From: Camelus dromedarius | Taxonomy: Eukaryota | Reading direction: 5' to 3' | DNA: 64,000 nucleotides | Assembly: GCF_036321535.1 (NCBI RefSeq) | Contig: NC_087437.1 | Coordinates: 1,798,001-1,862,000, forward strand | Shown: positions 40,535 through 55,050 of the stretch, piece by piece | Layout of the letters: each line of letters begins with the position of its first letter | Position numbering within the stretch: position 1 is the first letter of the stretch | Program-made: the position numbers and the translations under genes | The notes under the pieces: model-generated | Told to the model about the DNA's origin: nothing | Seen by the model: the letters and a program-made list of their open reading frames with translations, nothing else | Database searches by the model: none

Positions 40535-41390
40535 CATTCATTCATTTAACAGGTATTTACTGGGTTCCTATTATACAGTGGGCACTGTGCCAGGTGCAGG
40601 GAATAGAATAATGAATAAAATAATAGTATATTTTGAAGTTCTCAGACTGGTGAAAGAGACTGACATAGTAAAGTATAATGAGGAAGGTACAAAAGTAGGG
40701 AGATGCACAGGATACTGTGGAAACCAAGACAATTCTTCACATGGTGGACACCGAAAACAGACAAGCTGCAAAGATGTGGTGATACCTGAGCTGAGATTCA
40801 AGGAATAAGCTCAAGTTTACCTGGCCAAAGATGGGATGAGAGAAGGGGGCTAGGGGCAGCATTCAGAGCTAAAGGGACCTGCAAAACAGAGGCAAGGAAG
40901 TAAAAACAACATAGCTTGCTAGGGAGAAGGGAGCACAATTCAATATTCTGAGAATCCCAGGTGAAACTAAGAAGAGATTACATAGCAGAGGAGACAAGGG
41001 TCAGATTATGAAGATCCCCAAAGGTCTCAGTAAGAGCCATTATAAGCAGAGATTCATGGTGAGACTTCTGTTTTGGAAGCTATGTGGAGGCTGGATTTGA
41101 CCAAGAACTGGGGAGAAAAATCAGTTAGAATGATGAAGGCAGATTTTAGAAATATTTAGAGAAGTAAAATCCAAAGGATTTCAAAACTAATTGGATGCAG
41201 CAGGGGAGGAGGAAGAGTCAGGAAGGAAGAGGCAGATTCAAGATGAATCTCAGGATTCTAGCTGAAGTGACTCAGTGGATGATGGTGACACCAAGAGATG
41301 GAAAATACTAGCTAAAACAGGCTAGGTTACAGAAGAATAAGAGAATAGGCTGGAAAGGTGTTTAGTGACATCTAGAGGCAGGTGAAGAGC
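40535..41390 (-). mobile_element. L2 LINE 3' fragment
   Basis: 'cattcattcatttaacaggtatttactggg...gcactgtgccaggtgcaggg' and downstream L2 motifs. Confidence 0.7.
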
Positions 41391-41589
41391 TTCTAATCCT
41401 AGGCTCAACTTGGTAAGCTTTGGAAAGCCAAATAAAATTTCTAAGACTAAAAAGTCATCCCCAAGGTATTCTTTGAAAAGGCTGTTAGTCACTAAAATTG
41501 CCCAGACAGTAGGTGGAGTCCACATTCAGGTTGAGGCAGTAGAAAAACAGGGAATGTATATGAAATATCTTCCTGTGGAAACAATGGTT

Positions 41590-43280
41590 TTATTTCTGTA
41601 TATGGTGTGAGAAAATGTTCTAATCTCATTCTCTTACATGTAGCAATTCAGTTTTCCCAGCACCACTTATTGAAGAGACTTTTCTTCATTGTACATTTTT
41701 GCCTTCTTTGCCATAGATTAACCTGGTCATAAGTATGAGAGTTTATTTCTGGGCTCTCTATTCTGTTCTATTGAACTATGTGTCTGTTTTTGTGCCAGTG
41801 CCATGCTGTTTTGATTACTGTAGCTTTGCAGTGTAGTCTGAAGTCAGGAATCATACCTCCAGCTTTGTTCTTTTTCTCAAGACTGCTTAAGCTATTTGGG
41901 GTCTTTTGTTGGTCCATATAAATTTTAGGATTTGTTCTAGTTCTGTGAAAAATGTCATGGGTATTTTGATAGGGATTGCATTAAATCTGTAGATGCTTTG
42001 AGTAGTATGAATATTTTAACAATATTAACTCTTCCAAGCCAATAACATTGGTATCTTTCTTTGTATCATCTTCAGTTTCCTTCATCAATGAGTTCTATTC
42101 TTCAGAATGTAGGCCTTTCACCTCCTTGGTTAAGTTTACTCCTAGGTGTTTTATTCCTTTTGATTCAATTTTAAATGGGATTGTTTTCTTGTGTTCTCTG
42201 ATAAGTTCATTCTTAGTGTGTATAAACAGCAACAGATTTCTGTATATAAACTTTGTATGCTATAACTTTACCAAATTCATTTATTAGTTTTAAGAGTTGT
42301 TTGAAGATTTATGGTCTTCTACACACAGGATGTCATCTGCAAATAGTGACAGTTTTACCTCTTCCCTTCCAATTTGGCCATATTTTCTTTTTCTTGTCTA
42401 ATTGCTGTGGCTAGGACTTAAAATACTATGTTAAATAGAAGTGGCAAGAGTAGGCATCCTTGTCTTATTCCTGATTTTAGAGAAAAGACCTTCAGCTTTT
42501 CCCCATTGAAAATATGAATGATGTTATCTGTGAGTTTGTCATAAAGGGTCTTTATTATGTTGAGATATGTTCCCTCTATACCACTATGATGAGAATGTTT
42601 CATCTTGAATGGATGTTAAATCTTGTCAAATGCTTTTCTACTAAGATGATATGTAATTTCTATATCTATTAAGATGATATGTAATTTTTATCCTTCCTTT
42701 TGTTAATGTGGTACATCACATTGATTTGCAAATACTGAACTATATTTGCAACCCTGGAACAATCCTACTTGATCATGGTGTGTGATCCTTTTTATATATT
42801 GTTAAATTCTGTTTGCTAACATTTTATTGAGGATGTTTGCATCTATATCCACAAACACTGACCTGTAATTTTCTTTTGTATAGTGTCTTTTGTCTAATTT
42901 TTGTATCATGGTAATGGTGGCCTCATAGAATCAATTTGGGAGTGTTCCAACCTCTTTAACTTTTTGGAATAGTTTGAGAAGGACAGATATTATCTCCTCT
43001 TTATATGTTTGGTAGAATTCCCCTGTAAAGCCACCCAATCCTGGACTTCTGTTTGCTAGGATTTTATTTTTAAATTACAAATTCATTATCACTGCTTGTA
43101 ATCTGTCTGTTCAGACTATTTCTTCCTGATTCAGTCTTGAAAGGCTATCTGTTTCTAGAAATTTATTCATTTCTTCTATGTTGTCCAATTTGTTGGCATA
43201 TAATTGTTCATAGTATTCTGATATTTTTGTGTCACTGTGGTATCAGTTGTTACTTCTCTCAGTTTTTTTATTTTGCTTAT
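41590..43280 (-). mobile_element. L1 ORF2 internal fragment (antisense)
   Basis: Minus ORF 42418-42603 [27 protein letters not shown] is an L1 RT motif; the flanks are colinear antisense ORF2. Confidence 0.9.
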
Positions 43281-44379
43281 AGGTAGGCAAAGCAAGGTCT
43301 GAGTCACATTTTTAAAAGGAAGTCAGAAAAAGACGGAAAATACTTTCATTTATGAATTTATTTCCAAAATACATGTTTACTATAGGTCAGAGATGGTACT
43401 AGATGATGCAATGTCAACTCTGGCTTGAGAGATTACTGTATTTGAGGTTCGGGTAGGATGAATCAGACCCAAACCTCAGATCAGAGGCTGGAATGAGGAG
43501 ATACAGATGAAGTCATCTGTTTAGAAATGGCAGCTGACAAAGAGTAGATAAGATTATAAGGAAGAAAAGGCCAAAGATGAAACCCTGGGGGAACGTCTAC
43601 ACTTAGGAGATTAAGGAAAGGGAGGGAACAGCATAAAACTTTACAGATTAATTCCCTCAAAATGATCAGCTATAATTGATTGAGCATGATACAAGTTCAA
43701 AGTTCTGAGAAAGACACACTCTCCAGAATCAAGGAATCTATATACTACAATAAGAGTTTATGTGTACATAACTATAATACTAAATGGAACTTATAGGTAT
43801 GCTATGAAAGTTGGGGTACTATTCTAGATTGGGTAAATTAGGGAAGATTCCATCAAGGAGAATGTATCTGAGTTGATCCTTCAAAGAGGGAAAGCACAGA
43901 CAAGAAGGTAATGTAATAAAAGGAAATGATAAGCAGTAACAATGGCAGACTTTTATAATATTTTAGTCAATTTTTGCAACTACTCTCATTTCATAAAGGA
44001 AAATAATAATCAAAAAGTTGAATGTAGGTAAGAGTATGTTATGGCAAAGAAGAGGGACACTATTCCTCAGTTTGGTGCAGATCCTCTTGATGTTTTCTAT
44101 GATCAAGAATCAAAATCCAAAGTGGATATTCACTTAAATGTTTATATTTTAGTTGAAGAGGATATACCCATGTATACAAAACATAACAATGCTCTCCTGT
44201 AAAACACTCAGAGGTACCTGTAACAGGGGCAGCCACTGACCTGAGTAAGCCATAACCCCAACACTCTACAGCAGTTCTCACAGGAATAAAGAAATGATGA
44301 AATGTAATTGAAGCACTAAAGAAAAAACTCAGGTAAGAATAAGTCATTTTCGCTTTCAAAGATATCATATTTAAGACTC

Positions 44380-45860
44380 TGGGCCTTTGCTGCAGAAATC
44401 CCACTTCAAAAAATCTACCACACAGATACACCAGTACAAGTGTAAAATTACCCACATGTAAGATTATGCAATATGGACTATTTGGAATAGTAAAAGACTG
44501 GAAATGAGACCTAAGCAATCTGGACACAGGTTGACTAAACTATGGTATATCCATACAATGAGGTACTATGCAAAGACAGCGGGTAGGGGGGAAGGAGAAA
44601 AGAGAGAATCCCTATGTACTAATATTGAGAGATTTCCAGATTACATTGTTAGGTCGAAAAAATTCAAGTTACAGAAAACATTGTAAGTAATATGCCATCT
44701 TTTATATATGACTGGGGTAAATAAAAATATGTGTGTATATCCACTTGTATTTGCAAAAAGAACACAGGAAGTATAGGCAAGAAACCAACAACAGAAGGAG
44801 AGAAAATTACAAATCATATTAGTATTCAGAATATAAAAAGAATTCTCACAATCCAACAAAAAGACAATACAATTCAAAGATGGACAAAGAACTTGAAACA
44901 TTTCTCCAGAAATAATATACAAATGCCTAACGATCATATGACAAGATGCTCAACATCATTAATCATTAGGGAAATGCAAATCAAAATGACCAAGACATAC
45001 CACTCACACCTACTAGGATTACAAAGGAGAAAAAAAGCACTGGCAAGGATATGGAAACACTGGAATTCTCATACATTGCTGGTAGGACTAAAATGGTTCA
45101 GTCACTGTGGAAAACAATTTGACAATTTTTCAAAAAGTTAAACATATAATTATCACATAATCCAGCAATTCTGCTCCTAGAAATATACCCAAAAGAAATA
45201 AAACCAAGTACTCAAATGCACATACATGCATTTCATAGCTGCATTATTCACAACAGCCAAAAGGTGGAAACAATGCAAATGATCACTGGAAGAATGGAAA
45301 AACAAATTGTGGCAGACACATACAATAGATTATTATTTAGGAATAAAAAGAAATGAAGTACTTATGCATGCAACAACATGGATCAACTCTGATAACACTG
45401 TTAAGTGAAATTAGCCAGACACAAAAGTTTTCATACTGTATGATTCCATTCATATGAAATACCCAGAATACGTACATGTATACAGACAGAATGTGGATTT
45501 GTGGTTGCCGAGGGGGAAGAGCTGGAGGTAGGGGGATCTGGTAGTTACTGCTAATGGGTACAGGTTCCCTTTGGGTGATGAAAATGTTCTGGAACTAGAC
45601 AGAGGTGGTGACTGAATAACACTGAGAATGTGCCAAATGTCACTGAATGATTCACTTTTAAATGGTTAATTTTGTATCATGTGAATATCACCTCAATTTT
45701 AAAAAATATTTTTAAAAGAAATAAGCTAATAAAAATGGCTACCTCCGACAGGGGAGGGGGCAAACATACTGAAGGGAAGTGTGTAAGTAAGACTTCTCTG
45801 TAGACACTCCTACATGGTTTGAACTTTGAATCTGATAAATATGTTCACAAAGCAGTCAAA
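44380..45860 (+). mobile_element. Ancient L1ME-like 3' end with a nested L1MB-like 3' end (~44790-45710)
   Basis: ORF 44731 includes HMTRCSTSLIIREMQIK (ORF2 C-terminus); L1MB-type UTR 'gggtgatgaaaatgttctggaactagacagaggtggtga'; older L1 UTR lies on both sides. Confidence 0.75.
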
Positions 45861-47760
45861 AACAACTCCACATTAGTTTTATTAAATCTAAGCTTTAAAA
45901 AATAACTTCTCTTTTGTTACAACATGACTAGTGTTTCTTTGCAAAGTACTTTCTTTACAGTACCTTTAAGTGTGTTTTGTTTTATTTTCTTTTTTTTTTT
46001 TAAGAGTGTGGCTTTTTTGAGTTCTTACAACAGCATGACAGGTTCTGATACCCTCACCTCATTTACATTTTTGGGTTGAGACTCCAGAGCCAGGGGTAGC
46101 AGGACAGGCCAAACTCACTGCCCACAGCCTAAACAGCAGGACCCCATCATTGGCACTGCAACAAATCAACTCAAACTTAATGACCTAGGAAAACCACAGA
46201 TGACTTTCTAATTCATTTTGACTTTGATTTTGAGGCTTCTAAGCAATCTGTCAAAAAAAAATTCTATAGCATCATCTTTCTTCTGGATTTTTTAAGATTT
46301 TCAAATTTCAGAAAAAAATTATTTCCATGTATCATAAATACACTTAATAGTTTTCATTCCAAAAGCCTTTCTTTAGTAGATAAGCTCTGATAGATCTTCA
46401 AGTTTTAGCACAGTAAGATATCCCTGTATCCTGTTATGTTAGCAAAAGTTACATTTCAGAAGAAAAACACAGAACTTGTGATCCTCTCTGTCAAAGTCTA
46501 CAGGCTACATTCACTTGTCCTCGAGTGCAGGGTTTATAAAGTAAGACAGTTTAGCTTTAGCCACACTGTTCCTTCGGCACCAAGGTACTAATTTCTCTAA
46601 TTCCTGAGATTTATCAAAACCATTATTTTAAACTTTTGTTTGTCAAGCATAACCCTATATATAAAGCCTGGTCTTATTCTATAAGCAGCAAAAGATATAT
46701 GAAAGGTCTTACTTGATTTCTTAATAAAGATGAGTAGTTGAACAAGTTTCATACCTCAAGCAGGACTTATTCTGGGATTGCTGTAATTATTATTTAAAAC
46801 AGAGAAATTGCTTAAAATACAGGATATTTTTACTAACATCTACAAAGGCCATGAACTGGCATCATAGATTTGGTTTGATTTCTGATGACTTATTTGTAAA
46901 GAACAAAAATTAGTCAAAATGCTTCCCCTATCTTTAAGGTTTTCATACACCAACCAAGAAAAAAAAAAAAAAAAACAATGTTAAACAAGGCCAGTTTTTT
47001 TTTTTTTAAGAAGGACCTGTGACACTGAAATACACAATTCCAAATGCTAAGCAGTAATTTACAGGAACATGAGTTCTTATTCTGTATAATATAAAAATCT
47101 ATTTTTTTAACTTGTAGCTTTCTCCAGAGTTCAAGGTATTGTATGTAAAGAAGAACAAGGGATAAGAAAAAAAAAAAAAAACAACAACAACACTGTAACT
47201 GCAGAAGAGGGCAAAGATGTCTGGAAATTAGAATGTCTAACTCTTTCAGTACATAAATGCATGTGAGAGGGGTAGGGAGAGAGGGGAAATTGTGTATGAA
47301 GCAGAAGCATCTGGTGCTTCTTAAACCCACACATCAAAACAGAATAGGGCAAAGAGAAATAAATCTGGAAGAATCATTTCAAAAGTCAAAAGAATTATGA
47401 TTCTGCCACACCATACCCTCCACCACTCCAGGGCAATTCTAAAATAAAATTCATTTTCTCGCTTTCTCAGAAAGCTTTGGTACAGAGTTGACTCATCATC
47501 TCTTTAAATGTTCAAATTTTCAGAAAAGTAAATAAAAAAAGACTGCTAAGAATGGGTTAGATCTAGGCAAATGGAAGAGGATATCAGGTTTTTAACATAG
47601 AGGAACAGTAACAAAAGTTAAATCCTTGAAGAGAACGTTTGAAATGTATTTCAAGTGCTACATGTCTACGTATTCCCTTCAATGATTATAGTTCTACGTC
47701 AGAAAAGCTATTTGAGTTGGCAATAAACAGGCCAGGGACACGCAGACCATCACCAGGTAC

Positions 47761-47910
47761 CTTGGGAGTGGATAACAGATCCTTCTTCATCGCCACAGCA
47801 TATGACAGAAACTCAAAAGGGGCAAAAACATTAAGATTATCAAACAGTTCATGTATGTATCATCCAAGTAGTGAAAACATATCAAGGCCAAGAGGCCAGA
47901 AAACACACTC
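47761..47910 (-). other. Candidate 150-nt non-coding exon
   Basis: Strong acceptor gtttcttttatcctctcttcag|GAG and donor AAG|gtacct in unique sequence. Stops occur in all three frames from the exon start; a late ATG (MKKDLLSTPK) runs to the donor. Confidence 0.35.
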
Positions 47911-48954
47911 CTGAAGAGAGGATAAAAGAAACCTCTAAAATGTAATAAGCCAGCTTGCTTAGGCCACACCAGCCAGTGGATACAGAGGAAATCACACTGA
48001 TGTGAATTAATACCTTAAACTGGTCAGCTAAGTCCTCAGATGTTCTTCTGGGCACTCAATCACCTTAAAAGGCCCTACACAAGTGTTCTGGGTGCACTAA
48101 TCCTGACTTCTCCAAGCATGACAGCTTGGCAGGCCCCTGGCAAGAGAGACTCATGCCTCCCCTGTGGAAAAGGGTGGGGGCTTCCAGCAGCCAGACTGTT
48201 TACACCCTGAAGCAGAACATTAAAATAGCTTAGTAATGTAGCTCATCTAGTTGATACACACCACATTTTTTTTTCCTTTTTAAAAATACATCACACTCTG
48301 TACTATTCCCTGTGAGGATCCATGGCCTCTGACTTACCCCTGAGAGTTTTAGTTAGCAGTGGGTCATTGTACCCACCCCCCACCCATGCACACACACACA
48401 CTCCCTGTCACGACTGTCCCTGGGGACCCGCCTCCTCACACTGCCTCCAGACAGGCCCACAGTTGAAGTGCTGTGGAGGCATCTCAGGCCCACATCTATT
48501 ACTCTCTGCCAGCTGCCACCTGTGTCCATATCTCAATTCTACCCCAGCTGAAATCCCAATCACAAAAAGATTCATCCTGTCTAGTGACCTCAGTAAATCT
48601 GATTGCCAATATTAAATTCACTCCAGAGTACCATCAAGAGAAATAATCCTTCTCTGTTGAGGTTTTTTGCTAAACAACAATTGATGGTACCTAACGCAAC
48701 AGCAGGAAGGGTATGATAGGTCAGTAGAGTCATCAGCAAGCCAAGAAACCTCAAAAGTAAAAGAAATACATAACATTATTCATAGGGGAGAAGGTGGGGA
48801 AAAGGCAGAGAATATAAAAAACTGATTGGAAGAAAAGGACAATCAACGAAAGTCAAAAGGTCAAGAAACATGTAATGCCTTCTGTGTATTTTATTTTAGT
48901 TGAAGAAAGAGAAACACATTAGGGGTTCATTTGATCTGAAAAATTAATTAGCAC

Positions 48955-49180
48955 AATAATATTTATGATTTATTAAAGCAAGACACTCTGCTAAATGTTT
49001 TGCATACATTAACTCTTCTAATCCTTATAAAAAACCTTGTGCAGAGATATTAACTTTTCATTTTATAAATGAGCAACTGAAACAGACAGGTTATGTAATT
49101 TGCCCAAGGTCACACAGCTTATAAATGGCAGAGCCAGGATTTGAACTCAGCTCTAAAAGTCATGACACCATCACATTATA
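48955..49180 (-). mobile_element. MIR SINE
   Basis: 'atttgcccaaggtcacacagcttataaatggcagagccaggatttgaactcag'. Confidence 0.85.
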
Positions 49181-51394
49181 ATGTCAATATACTACATCCA
49201 ATGGCTGAAAAGCACATTTTCTATGTAGGTATTTTAAAATGAAATATATCTGTATTTGCTTATATGAAATGATCTCTAAGATACATTATTAAATGAAAAA
49301 AGACAACTATTCTGAGGCCAGTCTCCCAAATATGTAACAGTATGCTACTATTTGTATAAAGCCAGAGTGGGAGTAAAGACAGGCATATATCTCTACACAT
49401 AAAATATCACTGAACAAATATTCAGACTGGGAACAGTAACAACCTCAAGCAGAGGGGACCAGAGGACTGAGGAACAGAAAAGTAGATCCTTTTCACAACA
49501 TATACTTTGGTAGGATACAACGTTTTAACCCATGCGTGCAATTTTTCATGAGGAATAAGCACTACAAAATAAAATATAACTGTAAAGTAAAAACCTGTCA
49601 TGAAAGGATACATTAAGCCTCCTTGCTTACCAAAGATGAATAAAATAGAAGCTTAAGAACCACAAAGGCACACTTATTCTAATACACCATCTTTTCTAGA
49701 TGTCTCCACCTGTAAAAGGCACCTATTGACACTGTCCACATCCTAAACATAGACCACATGTGCTGTCGCACAAAGAAAGGACAAATTCTGCTGAAAATGG
49801 GAAGAGAGATTGCAGGTAGGAAACCCTAACGAGATAGGGAAGGAAGTACAATGGCCATTCAAAAACAGTAAGCCGAGAGAGACAGGAACAGGCAGGCATG
49901 AGCCCGCTCCTGGCGGGCCCGGAGAAGCATGGCTGTAGAACGAAGCAGAGTCTTGGAAAGAGGGATGGAAGATACAGGCACATAAGCACCTAAAGCAAGG
50001 TAAGGGAATTCTCACTTTCCACTAAGTCTGGAAAGATGAAAACAAAGTCAGAATAGGCAAAGACCAATTCCGTTTACTGTAATTCCATGAATAATATGTC
50101 CATTCAGAATCAATATATGTTCCTTTGCTTGTCTTGAAATATTTACCTTTAGAATCTGTACAATTTTTAACTTATACTGCAGTTCAACATTATTGGCAGT
50201 GCTTAGTAAGCCCTCCCATTTAAAAGGTTTGAATATTGTTTGCTCAAAGAAAAGCAACTACAGCTAACTTAAGCAAATGGTGGCATACCAGAAAACAGAC
50301 TTGAGGAAAAGCTGAACATGCAAACCTGGGGACAGACAAAAAGCAGAGCAGCTCTGAGGTGGCAAGATTTGCAGAACTCCATGAAAACAAGTCAAGATGG
50401 CACAACAGAGAAATGGCTCCTGGGCCCTGCTGTATACAAGGGCCATTCTCACAAAATGGTGCCTTTTATTGCCTACTGTATTACTGCATTCATACGTAAC
50501 ACTCTTCTAATTTGCATTTATATTTAATATAAATTTATTGATAATCCATAATTTATGAAAACATTTAAAATTTAAATCACTAATTTTCATTTACAAATGG
50601 CATGTTTCAAAGTTTTCATACAGAGTACCATAGAAAACTTAAATTTATTAAATGTATTCAATATCAGAGTTGTTATTGGGAGAATTTGACACTAGAATCA
50701 TAGAACAAAGATTAAATGGCACTAATCAAAAATCGATCGTACAAATGTGTTTATCAATCTATCTTTCAAAGGAGTTTTTGTTCTTACAATGAGCCTGTAA
50801 TTTAAGATACGGCATGCCTTTTTCAAGTAGATGAACAAAATAAGACCCAAAAACAGTAATTTAAGTTTCCTCAAATAGGAGAAAAAAAAAAAAAAAAACA
50901 AACTCTCAGGTCTCCATTAATGCAACCTCAGCCTGAACCACTAAACCACGGTAAATAATTGCCTTCATAATTTTTAAAAAGTTATAAATACTTATTGTTT
51001 GAAACTTAGAAAGTGCATAAAAAAAGAAAAATTTCCTATAACACAGATAAAAGCTCTTTAAGCAGGACAGTCTACTTCCATACTCGCCATATATACTATA
51101 AAACAGTAATTTCTTACCCATTTCTGACTTAAAATTATACCCCTATTCCTTTTTTAATCTATTACACTTTTCTGTAAGATTTTATATCATTTCTTATTTC
51201 AAATGCAATCTAAGCCCAGTATAGAAAATATGAAGTTAGAGAAAAATGAAAGAAAATAAAGTCACTGAGAGACAGCTGCTGCCAGTATCTTGGCACGCTG
51301 CCTTGGCCCAGACCCTTTTCTACCCACATATGTATGATGACCCTAAGTCAGAAACTTCCCACCACGTGTGCTCATGTCACACACAAAGGGCAGC

Positions 51395-51580
51395 AAAGCC
51401 TAAGAACAGGGGCTCTGGAATCAGCTAGCACTGCATTCAAAGCCCAGGTGCACCACTTAAGTGGGTGACCTTAACTTCTCTTCACCTCAGTTTCCTCATC
51501 TGTAAAATAGAGCTGCACAGAAACACCGTAACACACTGCCTGGTGCATGAGAAGCACTCAACAACGACAAGCTACTGCAC
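51395..51580 (+). mobile_element. MIR SINE
   Basis: 'ggctctggaatcag...gtgaccttaac...cctcagtttcctcatctgtaaaatag'. Confidence 0.8.
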
Positions 51581-52739
51581 TGTTACACATCATGTATAAC
51601 CTCATTTTTTACCTAATATATTCTGAACATCTTTCCATGTCAATTAGATTCAGTTCTACAATATTTTTTTAATACCAACATAGTACAACAGTTTTCTCAT
51701 GTGCCACATCAGCCACTAGAAAAGATGTCAGGAAAATTCAGATCCTCACCATTTTGTTCAGGGTTGCCTGACACTATCACACATAGGGCAGAGGATTCCA
51801 ACCAACCCAGCTTGTTACCGAAAAGAGGGGAATGAGAGTCAGAGCAGGTTAAGACTCACAACATTTCCTCCACTAAGTGATCTGGAAGAAGTCACAGGGC
51901 AAAAGGGGTTTGGTTGTTTTGGGTTTTTAAAATATATTTTATTGCCAATAATATTTGTAATGAAATTCAGTTTATTGACCTCAAGAGCACGTTATAAAGC
52001 AAAAAACTTGTGTTAAAAAGAAAAACTCATGTTACCTCATTTTCAGCTATTAAAATACTAAACTATGAATTTTAAGTTGCTACAAAGGATCAATCTACAT
52101 AGAAACATACCACTATTTATGTTCCACACTTGTGATCCCGCAGAGAACAGCAAAGTTAAAGATGTAGATGACCACTGGCTTTCTGACTATAATACAGTGA
52201 TATTAGATTTAAGTAATTTTCAAAGGTCAGGAGTTGGCCAAAACCAACCAGCCAACAATATCAAGGTGACACAAAATGGCAAATGTCTACATTCTCGTCT
52301 GACATTTATCCTCAATCATTGAGTGACTTCATACCTGAACCATAGTCCTACCTCCATATGCATGCTTCACTTCAAATGTTGTTAAATGTACTTTACCCTT
52401 GTGCATTTGATCTAGCTCTCTGAGAGCTAAGACCCAAGTCCCATTTTTCCACAGCTAAGACCCCAATTGGAATGTAAAGGAGGTGATTTTGGAATGTGTT
52501 GTCTAAACATGAAGGTCTTGGTGTTTGGTCCTACCCAGTGAGAATCCTGTCATTACCTAGACACTGAGTTCCTCACTCCTGCTCAGTCTCTTTCTACCTG
52601 AATCCTTCATGTTCCCAAGTGCTAAGCTGAATCCCCAGACTCTAACACGACCTGCCTGCTTGTATCCCCACTAAATTGCTATTTAAGCTGATCTCCTAGA
52701 TTCTCCTCTGTCTTAGCACTTTCCTGTTTGTACTTCACA

Positions 52740-54210
52740 CCTTTCTTCAGCTTTCAGTCTCTTTCTTCTTGAAGTACATATTTTAGTAGTTCCTTCTGCA
52801 AATCTCTTCAAGCGATCAACTTCATCCTTATCTACAAAGCTTTCATTTCACATTTACTCTTGAATATTACTTCATATGGATATAGAATGCCAGGTTGGAG
52901 TTTGTTTCTCCTCCAAAGCACTCTGAAGATATATTCGATCATCTTCTGTTACCAAAATGTCTTCCAGTCTAGACAGTGGCTTTCCTCAAGTTGCTTCTTT
53001 CTTGTTTCTTGCGTTTCATCTACATGTCTAGGTATGGATTTATTTTTATTTATCCTCCTCAGGGTTTGCTTTGCTTCTTACACCTGAGAACTCAAGCCTT
53101 GCATTTACTATGGAAATCTCTCAGCCACTGTATCTTTGGATAGTATCTCTCTCTCTATTTCCTCTTTCTGGAAGCTCACAGAAGGTAATATTGAACTTTC
53201 TCAAACTACAGTTCATGAGTTTTAACCACTCATTTTCCATCTCTTTATCCATCAGTACTGTATTCCAAGCAACTTCCTCAGAACTCCTCAATGACTAATA
53301 GTTTTCAATTATATCTAGTCAGATGTTTAACCTGTCCATCAAGGTTGAGGTTTCTAGGAATTCTATTTGGCTCCTTTCCAAATCTCTGTGTTACTTTTCC
53401 TAATCCGTGACATTCTTTCATTGCAGTCTTACCCTCTTTGTCTCTAGTAATTTCAACCCAATGGTTTCTGTCCTGTGTCCCAGGAGCACCACCTGGAGTA
53501 CCAATTCTCCTATATACAACATCTGCCAAATCTCCTTTGGAGTGATTCGTCTCCTTGTGTGGCTGGCAATATTTCATTGCAGGGTTATCTTTAGCATGAG
53601 TTGTCTCTTCAAGAGTCCTAGGTTGTTCATCTGCTCTGCAGGACAGTTTCACACTTAATTACTGAGGGCTCCATCAGTCCCTGTAGTTCTGGACCAGATT
53701 TTGTGCTAACTTCTCAGTTTGAGGGTTAGCTGCCCTGTAAGCAATGTTAAATTTTAACCTATATTGTGAAGTACAGCTTTTCTCTTTTTTTATTCCTAAT
53801 TATGCACAACTCCAGGAAGAGAGCATTTTTTTTGCACTTCCTCAGCCCAGTGCACAAGGTTTTTCTAGTCTTTTCACAGATAAGACACCCTTTGAGGTTT
53901 TACACAGGAGGACCTCAACTTCATCTTCCTTCTTTATGCAGACCTAAAGCCATGTTCCTTCATGAGACCTTCAGGACCAAGCTCTTGAGTCTACGCCCAG
54001 ATCTGAAACCACCACAGGCCTTGAGCTCCCAATTATACCTTCACTTTGAATTCTCTCTTCACTTCTGGCACTTGGGACCTCCTGGTTTATCAGACTCAGG
54101 AATGCCTTTGTCCTTGCTAGATTTTTGTCCACAGATTCGATGTGTCCACAGCAAGGGTGGAAGTAGAAGTCCTCTGTATCAGCTCTGGCAGCAGTGTTGC
54201 TAGAAGCCTC
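52740..54210 (-). mobile_element. Ancient L1/HAL1-like 5'/ORF1 remnant (antisense)
   Basis: 'ggatatagaatgccaggttgg', 'tgtctaggtatggatttatttttatttatcct' and 'tttctaggaattctatttggctcctttc' are antisense ORF1-region motifs. Confidence 0.55.
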
Positions 54211-54789
54211 CAGTAGTCACAAAATATGAAACTGTGAAATGATCACTTCAGAGAATTGTGATGATTACTTACCATTTTGCCAGATGACAACAGCCTGTTT
54301 TTTTTTTCAGTCTTGAGAACAGTTTTCAAATTGGAAAAAATAAATACTCCCAAGGCATTTTAAGGTCATTTTGTCACTACACACTTCAAATATCTTCATA
54401 GTTCTTTTCTTGCTTGAGAAATTTAACAGTATGAGGAAAACACACCTGTTGACTCCATTTTCTCCCTACCCATTCATTCTGTAATCACCTTCAATCTGCT
54501 TTATAGTCCTACAACTTTAGTCCAATTATACTCAAGAAGATTAACATTTCCCACCTAATCAACAAATCCAATGGCCTTTTCTTGGTCCTCGTATTAAATT
54601 CACTCCCACCAACCCAACCTCTTCCTTCTTCAATTCATGCCATGTTAATATTACTATACTGTAGTCATGACAACTGTTCACACTGTTTACACTTCCCATT
54701 CCTTCCTACAGTGACTCATTAATACCTAGTATTATGAGAAAAGGCAAAATGAATGGGGCATGATTCCTGTTCACAGAAGTGTAAACAAC

Positions 54790-55050
54790 AATACCACCAC
54801 CTAGCACTTACTGGATGCATACCGTGGACTTGGTAAGGTACTGAACACCTTATCTGTGATCATATCAATTGATCCTCACAGTAGCTGTGTGAAGTAGGTA
54901 CAATTATGAAGTAGGTACAATTGTACAATTATACTTCAGGGATGAGAAATAACACTTAAAGGTTAAGTAGCCAACCCAAGGGAAGCAGAGCAAGCTTTTA
55001 TGAGTCAGGTTTATTTGATGCCAAGCCCATCCTCTTAAACAACATGCTAT
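54790..55050 (-). mobile_element. MIR SINE with a small internal tandem duplication (tgaagtaggtacaatt x2)
   Basis: 'gatcctcacagtagctgtgtgaagtaggta...gatgagaaa...ggttaagtagc'. Confidence 0.65.

Noticed and set aside
42637..42692. Short tandem duplications inside repeats (28 bp here; 11 bp at ~26233; ~17 bp at ~54890)
   Set aside because: Ordinary slippage duplications in neutral DNA.
13620..47910. Naming the host gene from candidate UTR exon sizes and spacing
   Set aside because: No coding exon of the host is in the window and I could not match the UTR sequences from memory reliably; a BLAST search is required.
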